DNA of 32,000 bases. Origin: an uncultured delta proteobacterium (GTDB taxonomy: Bacteria; Desulfobacterota; Desulfobacteria; Desulfobacterales; Desulfosarcinaceae). The stretch covers positions 56,767-88,766 of the forward strand of contig CAVQUU010000029.1 of assembly GCA_963716825.1 (NCBI GenBank). The letters are read 5' to 3'. Below the pieces are notes generated by a model, which searched no databases, had not been told where the DNA came from, and was given only the letters and a program-made list of their open reading frames with translations. Every line of letters begins with the position of its first letter. Position 1 is the first letter of the stretch. This document shows positions 1 to 8,652 of this stretch, piece by piece. The position numbers were made by a program, and so were the translations under genes.

Positions 1-472
1 CCCCCCGCCAAGGCGAGGAACACATAGTTAGCCAGACGCAGCCGTTCGCGCCAAATCAGCAGGCTGGCCATGGTGCTGAGCGCGATCACCCCGAGTTCCA
101 GGGTGGGAAAAGCCACTGAACCCGGCAGATGAGCCAGGGCGCGAATCCAGAAATAAGTGGCCAGAATATTCGTCGTCCCCGAGACGACGCCCAGAAAAGG
201 CAGGGCCTGCCGGGTCGGGGCCCTTTGAAGAGCTGGAATCCGGTGAGAATCAGGGCGGTGCCGAAAATAATAACCATAAAGCCGTTGGGATCGGCCAGAG
301 GCGCCAGTTCAGCCTGCACCTTGAACGTGAAGTCGGTTATCCCGTAGACGGCAAAAAGCAGCATCCCCCAGATCGTTCCCTTCCACGTCGCCTTTCCGGC
401 CGTCCCGAAATGCAACGGTTCCTTACAGGCCAGAGGCAGACAGCAAAAGGCCAAAAATGCGATTCCACTCAT
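1..472 (-). pseudogene. Polytopic membrane protein (DMT/EamA-like), N-terminal part. The reading frame is broken at a G/C homopolymer and the gene continues past the window start
   Basis: ORF 86..472 begins with hydrophobic helices (MSGIAFLAFCCLPLA, GFMVIIFGTALILTGFQLF) but becomes an R/P/W-rich tail after FQLFKG. Another frame on the same strand reads RQALPFLGVVSGTTNILATYFWIRALAHLPGSVAFPTLELGVIALSTMASLLIWRERLRLANYVFLALAG from about nt 215 down to nt 1 without a stop. The frame switch coincides with the GGGGCCC run at 217..223. Confidence 0.5.
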
Positions 473-762
473 GCCTTCCCACCATGATCCAGGCTGACAA
501 TAATTTTTGCCATCAAAGAATACTATGATTTGCCGGCATAGTCCAATCCCGTCTGGGGATCCTCAGAATTGATGCTCAAGGTAAACCCGGTTTTGGCTGT
601 TTTCATTCATTGTGATGTCCTGCCTGCCCAATACTGGCGCCGGAAAGAAAAATAAGGCCGCTACACATGCAGTCACCATTGTGTATTTAAGCGGTTCCGG
701 CAACTCCGGGGCCAACGGTTAGGCCCTTTCCATTGTGGGTCAAATCAGGTAAGAACCATTGC

Positions 763-1620
763 ATGCTTCGACAGACCTTTTTACATATCCCGGGCATCGG
801 ACCCAAAACCGAACAGGGCTTCTGGGCCGCCGGTGTGGGTGATTGGAATGCCTTTTTCGACGATGTAACCCTGAAGCTGTCAGCATCCAAACGGGCGGCC
901 ATTGCCGATGTGTTGACCGAATCCAGACGCCAGCTGGATGGCCGGAACCCGGATTATTTCGCCCGGCGGTTGCCCGCCAGCCAGCAGTGGCGGCTGTTCA
1001 GCGAGTTCCGTGGCCAGACCGCCTACCTGGATATCGAAACCACGGGGCTGGAGGCAGACTGCACGATTTCCACCATCGCCGTGTACGACGGATCGACGAT
1101 GATCACCTACGTGAATGGACAAAACCTGGACGACTTCATCGACGACATCCGCCGCTTCAAGCTTCTGGTAACCTACAACGGCAAGTGCTTCGACGTCCCG
1201 GTGATCGAGCGGTATTTGGGCATGAAACTGGACCAGGCCCATATCGACCTGCGCTACGTGCTGGCCGGCCTTGGTTTAAAGGGTGGGCTCAAGCGTTGCG
1301 AGGCGCAGTTGGGCATGGGCCGCGGCGATCTCGAGGACATTGACGGGCTGTTCGCGGTGGTGCTCTGGAAGGCTTATCTGCGCAACCGTGACCAACAGGC
1401 CCTGGAGACCCTGCTCGCCTACAACCTGCAGGACGCCATCAATCTGGAGTCGCTGATGGTCACCGCCTTCAACCTGAACGTTCGGCAGACCCCCTTTGAT
1501 CGCCGATGTCGGCTTGCCGTGCCGCCAACACCCCAAAACCCGATTCCCGCCCACCGGCACACCATCGAGCGCTACCGCAATGAAGTGGCTTTTATCCGTT
1601 CCCTGCAGCCGCAGTGGTAA
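763..1620 (+). CDS. RNase H-fold (DEDD-like) predicted exonuclease, YprB/COG3359-like, with N-terminal helix-hairpin-helix
   Basis: Motifs IPGIGPKTEQ (HhH-like), YLDIETTGL, LVTYNGKCFDVPV, HIDLRY and AYNLQDA. ATG at 763 is preferred over the non-ATG start of the track ORF at 733. Confidence 0.75.
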   Translation: MLRQTFLHIPGIGPKTEQGFWAAGVGDWNAFFDDVTLKLSASKRAAIADVLTESRRQLDGRNPDYFARRLPASQQWRLFSEFRGQTAYLDIETTGLEADCTISTIAVYDGSTMITYVNGQNLDDFIDDIRRFKLLVTYNGKCFDVPVIERYLGMKLDQAHIDLRYVLAGLGLKGGLKRCEAQLGMGRGDLEDIDGLFAVVLWKAYLRNRDQQALETLLAYNLQDAINLESLMVTAFNLNVRQTPFDRRCRLAVPPTPQNPIPAHRHTIERYRNEVAFIRSLQPQW

Positions 1621-1623
1621 AAA

Positions 1624-1650
1624 AAACGCCGAACCGTTGGTCCGGCGTTT
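1624..1650. terminator. Bidirectional intrinsic-terminator-like hairpin between convergent genes
   Basis: AAACGCCGAACC (1624..1635) pairs with GGTCCGGCGTTT (1639..1650): 12-bp stem with one mismatch and a 3-nt loop. An A-run lies upstream and a T-run downstream. It sits between gene ends at 1620 (+) and 1682 (-). Confidence 0.6.
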
Positions 1651-1681
1651 ATATCGATATCGAGGCAATTGGCTTGCTCTG

Positions 1682-2773
1682 TTATCCTTCCAGGAACGGG
1701 TAGTCATTGTACCCCTTTTCATCACCGCCATAAAAGGTGTCCTGATCCGGATCATTGAGCGGGGCGTTGCGGCGATAGCGTTCCACCAGGTCCGGATTGG
1801 CCAGGTAGGGGACCCCGAAGGCCACCAGGTCTGCCGCATTCTCGGCGATGGCCTTTTCAGCGGCGTCCCTGCCGTAGCCGCCGTTGATCATCAGGGTACC
1901 TTTATAGATCTTGCGAAGTTCGGCGGCCACGGGCTCAACGCCCTCCTGGCTCTTAAACGTGGGATGGCCGGGCAGCGGTTCGATGAGGTGCAGGTAGGCC
2001 AGGGGAATGTCGTTCAGCGCCGCCACCAGTTGGCTGTAAAGGGCCAGGGGGTCCGAGTCGTGCATGTCGTTGAAGATCCCCCGCGGCGAGATGCGAAATC
2101 CGACCCGGCCAGGCCCCCACGCCTCAACCACGGCAGACACCACCTCAAGGGCAAAGCGCATCCGATTGGGGATGTCGCCGCCGTAGGCATCGTTCCGACG
2201 GTTGGACCCGTCTTTCAAGAACTGCTCGATGAGATAGCCGTTGGCACCGTGGATTTCCACGCCATCGAATCCGGCACTTTTTGCCAGCCTTGCCGCGTGG
2301 GTAAACTGGTCCACAAGGGATGGAATCTCTTCGGTAGCAATCGCCCGGGGCATGGTGGGCGGTTCGAAACCGTTGGGCGTGAACACCATGGTCTCCGCCT
2401 TGACGGCCGATGGCGCGATGGGATCGCTGCCGTCCGGTTGAAGCAAGGTGTGCGATACCCGGCCGGTGTGCCACAGCTGGCTGAAAATGCGGCCGCCTTT
2501 TGCGTGAACCGCATCGGTTACCGTCTGCCACCCGCGGGCCTGATCTTCGGTGTAAATGCCAGGCGTAAACACATACCCGGTGGCCTTGTCCGAAACCTGG
2601 GTGGCTTCGGTGATCAGCAGCCCGGCCGTGGCGCGCTGGGTGTAATGGGTGACCGCCATGGGCGTGGGCACCCCGTTTTCATCGTTCCGATTGCGGGTCA
2701 TGGGGGCCATAACCATGCGGTTGGGCAGGTTCAGCGCGCCCAGGGTGTAGGGGGAAAACAGTGTATCAGTCAT
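1682..2773 (-). CDS. Old Yellow Enzyme family NADH:flavin oxidoreductase / alkene (N-ethylmaleimide-type) reductase
   Basis: Full-length 363 aa with OYE hallmarks: MVMAPMTRNR, LITEATQVS, FSQLWHTGRVSH, VEIHGANGYLIEQFL, NRRNDAYGGDIPNRMRF. SD-like AAAGGA upstream of the ATG. Confidence 0.9.
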   Translation of the reverse strand: MTDTLFSPYTLGALNLPNRMVMAPMTRNRNDENGVPTPMAVTHYTQRATAGLLITEATQVSDKATGYVFTPGIYTEDQARGWQTVTDAVHAKGGRIFSQLWHTGRVSHTLLQPDGSDPIAPSAVKAETMVFTPNGFEPPTMPRAIATEEIPSLVDQFTHAARLAKSAGFDGVEIHGANGYLIEQFLKDGSNRRNDAYGGDIPNRMRFALEVVSAVVEAWGPGRVGFRISPRGIFNDMHDSDPLALYSQLVAALNDIPLAYLHLIEPLPGHPTFKSQEGVEPVAAELRKIYKGTLMINGGYGRDAAEKAIAENAADLVAFGVPYLANPDLVERYRRNAPLNDPDQDTFYGGDEKGYNDYPFLEG

Positions 2774-2815
2774 AATGATCGTCCTTTCAATGGGTCAATT
2801 ATTAATCCGATCTGA

Positions 2816-2830
2816 ATGACCGGTCGTCTT
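2816..2830. promoter_or_regulatory. Candidate TetR operator upstream of the OYE gene (ATGACCGGTCGTCTT, core palindrome GACCGGTC)
   Basis: Exact 15-nt copy of the sequence at 3444..3458. Located in the 70-nt spacer between the TetR stop (2844) and the OYE start (2773). Confidence 0.5.
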
Positions 2831-2843
2831 GAATTTTCTTAAG

Positions 2844-3431
2844 TTATTGTAACAACACTGCCAGCATATCCAAAAAGGCGTTCAGCGGCTGAATGTTACG
2901 GCTGGATTTCATGCGCAGGATCGCCCCTTCCCAGCTGTTGAAAATCGCTTCGGCCAGCCGGTCCGGATCCGCTTCCCGATTGACCTCTCCTGCATCCTGG
3001 GCGCTACGGATACAGCGGGCCAGGGCCGAAGTGTAGATGCGGAACAGGTACTCCGCCTTTTCGGCAACGGCTGCATTGGTATCGGCCAGTTCCTGGCACA
3101 GGTTGCCCACGAAACAACCGGTGGTGTAATTGCGTGATGCTTCATAAACGGCCGCCATGTCCGCGTAGCTGTCGATGATCCGCTGCTGGGGAGACGGGGA
3201 ACCGGTCGTCAGCGCGGTTTCGAATCCTGCGATGTGGTCATGGCTGGTGAACTCCATGGCCGCCAGGGCGAAATCTTCCTTGCTTTTGAAATAGTTATAG
3301 AAAGAGCCCTTGGGCACACCAGCGGCGTCCACGATCTTTTGGATGCCGGTGCCGTGATATCCCTTTCGCAGCATCAACGCCGCACCTGCGTCGAGAATGG
3401 CCGCACGCTTATCGTCTTTGGTCGTCTTCAT
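2844..3431 (-). CDS. TetR/AcrR family transcriptional regulator (NemR-like position upstream of the OYE gene)
   Basis: N-terminal TetR HTH: AAILDAGAALMLRKGYHGTGIQKIVDAAGVPKGSFYNYFKSKEDF. 195 aa, co-directional with and immediately upstream of the OYE gene. Confidence 0.9.
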   Translation of the reverse strand: MKTTKDDKRAAILDAGAALMLRKGYHGTGIQKIVDAAGVPKGSFYNYFKSKEDFALAAMEFTSHDHIAGFETALTTGSPSPQQRIIDSYADMAAVYEASRNYTTGCFVGNLCQELADTNAAVAEKAEYLFRIYTSALARCIRSAQDAGEVNREADPDRLAEAIFNSWEGAILRMKSSRNIQPLNAFLDMLAVLLQ

Positions 3432-3438
3432 ACGGGTT

Positions 3439-3466
3439 AAAATATGACCGGTCGTCTTTTTGTCAA
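3439..3466 (-). promoter_or_regulatory. Candidate sigma70-type promoter of the TetR gene with the operator in its spacer; possibly a leaderless transcript
   Basis: Minus-strand reading TTGACA-AAAAGACGACCGGTCA-TATTTT (16-nt spacer). The -10 element ends 7 nt before the ATG at 3431 and no SD is present. The spacer contains the repeated ATGACCGGTCGTCTT unit (3444..3458). Confidence 0.5.
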
Positions 3467-3600
3467 GCCAGAGGGTTTAGGTCGTCGAACAGAAGTCGGA
3501 AGATTGAAGAGCCGGATGGCAATCGCGGCTGCAAGCCGATCCTTCAGGCCCTTGATCTATCCTTAGCTAGCATTTATGCAATACATTGAAAGGGAAATAA

Positions 3601-4356
3601 TTGGTTATCAAATATGATTCGTTAGAAACTAAAAGTTTGGCAAGACAAATCGCTGATAATCTTCAAACTGCTATATTTAACGGTGATGTAGGAGCGGATG
3701 AGCGTTTGCCTTCCGAATATGAACTTGCCGAGAAATTTGATGTATCGCGACCTACCATTCGAGAAGCTTTGAAAATTTTAGCTGCAAGGAATCTAACTCG
3801 TTCCCAAAGGGGGCCCAGCGGTGGTACTTTTGTTAAAATACCAACTCAAGAAGACGTCCGGGAAATAATTTCGAATACAACGACCATGTTGATAAATTCA
3901 GGTGAACTGGATTTTCAATCTTTTCATGAGGCACGATATGAATTTGAGACATTTTGTTGTCGCTTGGCTGCCGAGAGGCGAAAACCGTTACACTTAGAAG
4001 AAATGAAGGTTGAGTTGGAGATTCAAAAGGATCCCACCACCAATCATGTAGAATTTTGTCATTCTGATGTTCGGTTTCATCGAATTATTGTGGATGCAAC
4101 TGATAATCCCCTTATTAGGATGATCATGGACCCGGTATTCGATGCATGACAGCCGATATTCAACATGGCCATTTATCGCTACCGCAACCGTGATAGAATT
4201 TTTTTCCAACATAAACATATATACGACGCGTTGAAGAATCACGAGGCGGACAAAGCAGTTAAAACCATGACAGAACAATTGGATGATCTGCATGAACACA
4301 TGCTTAAAGCCCACGAGTGGAGAAAATCCCGGGATAAGAACTTATACAATAAATAA
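3601..4356 (+). pseudogene. GntR family (FadR/FCD subfamily) regulator interrupted by an in-frame TGA
   Basis: ORFs 3601..4149 and 4165..4356 are in the same frame. The first has the GntR wHTH (LPSEYELAEKFDVSRPTIREALKILAARNL) and the start of an FCD domain. The second carries the FCD C-terminus (QHKHIYDALKNHEADKAVKTMTEQL). A single TGA at 4147..4149 separates them. Low-GC composition. Confidence 0.75.
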
Positions 4357-4460
4357 AACCACACATTCGGTTTCATCATGTTTAGTTGCGGGACAATAAC
4401 TTGTCGCACAACATTCTATTAGATTCGTTATGGCTATCAACTCATTGAAATATAATCTCA

Positions 4461-4682
4461 ATGCTTATCCTCTTCAGTCTGTATCTTGTTTTAAAGGAAC
4501 GTGGTCTGATGGTTCTCACCGGTTGTGCCCATGCAGGGGTCATTAATACTGTGGATTATGCCCGGCATTTGACCGGCATTAATCGTGTGTACGCAGTTAT
4601 GGGCGGATTCCATCTGTCCGGAGAACCATTCCAAGGAGCACGTGAACCCACGCTTTAGGCACTTAGAAAAATTGACCCTTGA
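4461..4682 (+). pseudogene. Decayed remnant of an MBL-fold metallo-hydrolase (COG1237-like) gene
   Basis: GLMVLTGCAHAGVINTVDYARHLTGINRVYAVMGGFHLSG matches only the C-terminal third of MBL-fold proteins. The same frame continues EPTL-stop-ALRKIDP-stop, i.e. several in-frame stops, and no N-terminal HxHxDH part is present. Confidence 0.6.
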
Positions 4683-4907
4683 CCCGCCCAACCAATCCAT
4701 TCTATCTATAACTCATAGGAATTGTGTGCTGTTCCTCCCTCCTATTTAGACATCATCGCGAATATAGTGAAACTCCTAGTTCAACACCAGCCGCTGATGC
4801 GATACGGATCCTGATTAATTTTCGCCTACCAATGAATTATTCGACAATTGCGGAGGAAAAGTCACACATTCCTAAAACATATGCCATTTATCACCAGGAG
4901 ATTGAAG

Positions 4908-7900
4908 ATGAAATGCTCAGAATGTAATTTCGATAATCCTGAGGGCATGAAATTTTGTGGTGAATGCGGTGGAAAATTAGCAACTAATTGTCCAGAATGC
5001 AATTTCAAGAATCCTCCAGATTTTAAGTTCTGTGGTAATTGCGGTTATGAATTGAAAGACGTCAAAACACAATCATCTTTAAAGAGAACACCTTTTGAAG
5101 ATAAATTGGAAAAGCTAAAAAAGTATCTTCCGGAGGGACTTATAAATAAAATTCTATCGCAAAAAAATAAAATTGTTGGTGAACGTAAACAAGTAACAGT
5201 TATGTTCTGTGACATGGCTGGTTTTACATCTCTGATAGACAAACTTGGCCCAGAAAAAGGATACTCTATAATGGATCAGGTTTACGAAATATTGATCCAT
5301 AAAGTTCAGGATTATGACGGCACGGTAAATGAGATGACCGGAGATGGAATAATGGCTCTTTTTGGTGCACCAATTGCGATAGAAGATGCACCACAGCGAG
5401 CTATTAAATCGAGTTTAGCCATTCACCGTGAGATGGCTAAATTTAGCGATAAGTTGATTGGTGAAGGAATTTCACCAATCAAAATGAGAGCAGGCATAAA
5501 CACTGGTACGGTTGTTGTTGGTGCGTTAGGAAACGATCTTCGAGTAGAATTCAAAGCTGTAGGTGATACAGTAAATATAGCTTCCAGAATTGAAGGTCAC
5601 GCTGAACCGGGGACTACATTTGTTTCAGCGGAAACTTTTAAATTAACTGAAGGATTATTTCGTTTTGAAGCCCTGGGTGAAAAAAAAATAAAAGGCAAAA
5701 AAGAACCAATTAACGTCTTCCAGGTAATTGCACCAAGTAGCAGCCGAACAAGATTTGATGTTAGTGCTGAGAGAGGGCTATCTCAATTTGTTGGGAGAAC
5801 AAGAGAGATAGAAATTTTGCATGAAGGTTTTGAAAGGGTAAAAGAAGGAAATGGACAAGCATTTTCTATTGTATCTGAAGCTGGTATTGGAAAATCCCGG
5901 TTGTTATATGAATTCAGAAAGAAAATATCAAGCACAGACGTCATTTTTTTAGAAGGAAGGTGTCTATCTTACAGTCATGGTATATCGTATCATCCTATCA
6001 TTGATATTTTAAAAGCGAATTTGGATATTCGTGAAGAGGATACGGATTCCGTAATTCGTGAAAAGGTTAAAAAAGGGTTAAGCATATTAGAGATAGATGA
6101 AACATTTGCACTGCCTTATATTTTAGAACTTTTCTCTGTGAAAGATAGTGGATTCAATGAAATCAAAATGAGCCCGGATGCCACAAAAGAAAGGGTAATG
6201 GAAATAATCAAGTTATTTACCCTTAAAGGATCAAAGATAAGACCGGTAATAACAGCTTATGAAGACCTTCATTGGTCGGATAAAAGTTCAGAAGAAGTAT
6301 TGAAATATGTTTTAGACAGCATTCCAGCATCAAGAGTAATGATGATATTTACATATCGACCAGAATTTGTGCACATATGGGGAAGTAAATCTTACCATAA
6401 CCAGCTCAACCTTAACAGACTTTCCAACCGAGAAAGTCTTGCGATTGTTAAAAACCAGCTTGAAACTAAAGAAATTGATCGCAAACTCGAAGAGTTGATT
6501 TTAGAAAAAACCGAAGGCGTTCCTTACTATATTGAGGAATTCGTTAAATCTCTTTATGAATCTAATATGGTCGTGAAAAATCATAAAATGTACCGCTTGG
6601 CTCAAAATATCGAAGAGGTCTCAATCCCTTCGACGATTCAAGGTGTAATCATGGCCAGGATAGACCGATTACCAGAATTGGCGAAAGAGTTACTTCAAAC
6701 TGGCTCGGTGATCGAAAGAGAGTTTACATATGAATTAATTAAGCATGTTTGTGAATTAGAAGAAAAAGAATTATTATCAGCTTTGTCGGTTCTAAAAGAG
6801 TCAGAGCTTTTGTATGAAAGGGGTATTTATCCTGAATCGACCTACATTTTTAAACATGCCCTGACAAGGGATGTTGTCTATGATTCAATACTTACTGAAA
6901 AAAGAAAAATATTGCATGAAAATATCGGTTACAGTGTCGAAGAATTGTATTCCAGTCGCTTAGAACAAAAATTTGAGGTTCTGGCTCATCATTTTGGCAA
7001 TGCCGAAAGTTGGGAAAAAGCTGTTCATTATGCAAAACTTGCCGCTGAAAAGGCCCATAAGCTCAGTCAATTTCATCAAGCTATCACTCTCTACGATCAA
7101 GCTGCCGGTTGGATTTTAAACCTTCCAGAAAGCCAATCCCAAGAAGAAAGCCTTCTTGATATTCAATTGGAACTTTGCTGGAGCAATATTGGATTAGGGC
7201 AATTTGGGAAAGTTGAGGAGGTTGCTTCAAAGGCAGAAACGATTGCTAAACACTTGGATGACAATATTCGGCTTGGCATCGCATACCTTGGCTTAGGAAC
7301 CGCCTGTGTATACCGAGGAAAATTCGAGAAAACAGAACACTACACATTATTGGCCATCAGGCATTTGGAAAATACAACTGAGGAACGATCATTAGCAATT
7401 GCTAACCTTGTGCTTGGAGCATGCTATATCGGGCAAGGTCTTTGGTTAAAATCTGAACCATGCTTTTCAAAAACCGTCAACATCTATGAGAAATTAGGCT
7501 CAAAAACCGAATATGTGATGGGTTGGAATGCCCTCCCCTACACAATCGTGTGTGGACAATTGGGATACAATTTCGCTGTTATGGGTAGAGTCACCGAAGG
7601 CAAGGAGCTGATCGAAAGGGGATTCTCATCTGAGTTAGAACAGGTCAGCAACCTCACCACCAAAATGGCCTTTTGCTCTTGGCAAGGCCTTTTCATTTCA
7701 CTGGTCGGAGAAGATTATTTTGAAGCGGCAAATAAAATTGACAATCTGGTAAGTCTTGCTGAGCGGTCAGGATCACCTTTCATGATGCTTGCATTTAACG
7801 CTGCTAAGGCCAACATGATGCTGGGTATCGAGGAATATGAAATGGTGCTGAAGTCATGCAACAACGCACTTGAGGCCATCGAAGGCACACCAATTCGAAC

Positions 7901-8312
7901 CGGCCATGTAACCAATATACATTATGACCTGGTTTTAGCAAATTTGAAGTTAGGTAATCATGATCATGCAAGGCAGCATTACGAAAAAGGTAAGTCTTTG
8001 GTTAATTTGGCACCAAACTGGTGGGGGCCTCGTTTTCTTTTCCTCAAGGGCTTGTTACTTGGAAATGAACCCTCTCCTGGATATGAATTAATTGAAAAGT
8101 CATTTAGAAAATCAATTGAAGATGACGAAAGTGTCGGAGCCACTGTACCGGCTGCCCAGACACGCTTCTATCTTGCAAAGATGTTTTTTTGTAAAGGTGA
8201 TTCTGACCGTGCCCATAAAATGATGACAAATCTCCGAAATTGTTTCGAGAAATATGAGATTCCAGTTTGGCGTCAAAAATGCGATCATGAACTTGAGCCA
8301 TATCACTTTTAA
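4908..8312 (+). CDS. Multidomain signalling protein: double zinc ribbon + class III adenylate/guanylate cyclase domain + AAA_16/STAND-type NTPase + C-terminal TPR-like repeats
   Basis: Start at ATG 4908, preceded by AGGAG at 4895..4899.
- Zinc ribbon: CSECNFDNPEGMKFCGECG and CPECNFKNPPDFKFCGNCG.
- Cyclase motifs: VTVMFCDMAGFT, GDGIMALFG, RAGINTG, GDTVNIASRIEG.
- NTPase: FVGRTREIEIL, Walker A SEAGIGKSRL, Walker B-like ITAYEDLHWSD.
- Long helical repeat tail to the stop at 8312, with no C-terminal HTH recognised. Confidence 0.9.
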   Translation: MKCSECNFDNPEGMKFCGECGGKLATNCPECNFKNPPDFKFCGNCGYELKDVKTQSSLKRTPFEDKLEKLKKYLPEGLINKILSQKNKIVGERKQVTVMFCDMAGFTSLIDKLGPEKGYSIMDQVYEILIHKVQDYDGTVNEMTGDGIMALFGAPIAIEDAPQRAIKSSLAIHREMAKFSDKLIGEGISPIKMRAGINTGTVVVGALGNDLRVEFKAVGDTVNIASRIEGHAEPGTTFVSAETFKLTEGLFRFEALGEKKIKGKKEPINVFQVIAPSSSRTRFDVSAERGLSQFVGRTREIEILHEGFERVKEGNGQAFSIVSEAGIGKSRLLYEFRKKISSTDVIFLEGRCLSYSHGISYHPIIDILKANLDIREEDTDSVIREKVKKGLSILEIDETFALPYILELFSVKDSGFNEIKMSPDATKERVMEIIKLFTLKGSKIRPVITAYEDLHWSDKSSEEVLKYVLDSIPASRVMMIFTYRPEFVHIWGSKSYHNQLNLNRLSNRESLAIVKNQLETKEIDRKLEELILEKTEGVPYYIEEFVKSLYESNMVVKNHKMYRLAQNIEEVSIPSTIQGVIMARIDRLPELAKELLQTGSVIEREFTYELIKHVCELEEKELLSALSVLKESELLYERGIYPESTYIFKHALTRDVVYDSILTEKRKILHENIGYSVEELYSSRLEQKFEVLAHHFGNAESWEKAVHYAKLAAEKAHKLSQFHQAITLYDQAAGWILNLPESQSQEESLLDIQLELCWSNIGLGQFGKVEEVASKAETIAKHLDDNIRLGIAYLGLGTACVYRGKFEKTEHYTLLAIRHLENTTEERSLAIANLVLGACYIGQGLWLKSEPCFSKTVNIYEKLGSKTEYVMGWNALPYTIVCGQLGYNFAVMGRVTEGKELIERGFSSELEQVSNLTTKMAFCSWQGLFISLVGEDYFEAANKIDNLVSLAERSGSPFMMLAFNAAKANMMLGIEEYEMVLKSCNNALEAIEGTPIRTGHVTNIHYDLVLANLKLGNHDHARQHYEKGKSLVNLAPNWWGPRFLFLKGLLLGNEPSPGYELIEKSFRKSIEDDESVGATVPAAQTRFYLAKMFFCKGDSDRAHKMMTNLRNCFEKYEIPVWRQKCDHELEPYHF

Positions 8313-8652
8313 TATGTTTTTAAAGCATCACCCTTTGCAAAGTATCAAATTTAGCAGTGCATCTACATCTGGTGGTCAGACGACATTTTGGGTGGGTGGT
8401 GATTACACACCAGTCAATGAATATATCTGATAAATCGGTTGCGTGGTGATCTATTGAGATCACTATGGTTCTGTGGCCCGCAACGATACCGGTGATCTTC
8501 ATTAGGTATCTGAATAACTTATATTATTGATTTAATCGCAGCAACGAAAAAGCTCACCGGCGGCAATGGAGCACAGCAGCAAAAAAGTTAGAAGAAGAAT
8601 TAATTTAGATAGAGTTACTTCATGCCAACTTTTCGACTCATTCCGCCACAAC

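Noticed and set aside
1496-2815. 439-aa plus-strand ORF covering the OYE locus
   Set aside because: It is antisense to a full-length, motif-rich OYE gene. Its translation is R/G/H/P/V-rich with no recognisable motifs, which is a typical high-GC shadow ORF.
4147-4149. TGA in the GntR/FCD gene as selenocysteine or programmed readthrough
   Set aside because: No SECIS-like hairpin is evident immediately downstream. The GntR/FCD family is not known to contain Sec, and the neighbouring genes in the island are also decayed. A nonsense mutation or base error is the simpler explanation.
8320-8502. 60-aa minus-strand ORF downstream of the cyclase-STAND gene (MKITGIVAGHRTIV…)
   Set aside because: It has no SD, no recognisable family and Cys/Thr/Arg-rich odd composition. 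It could be gene debris of the island, but that cannot be supported.
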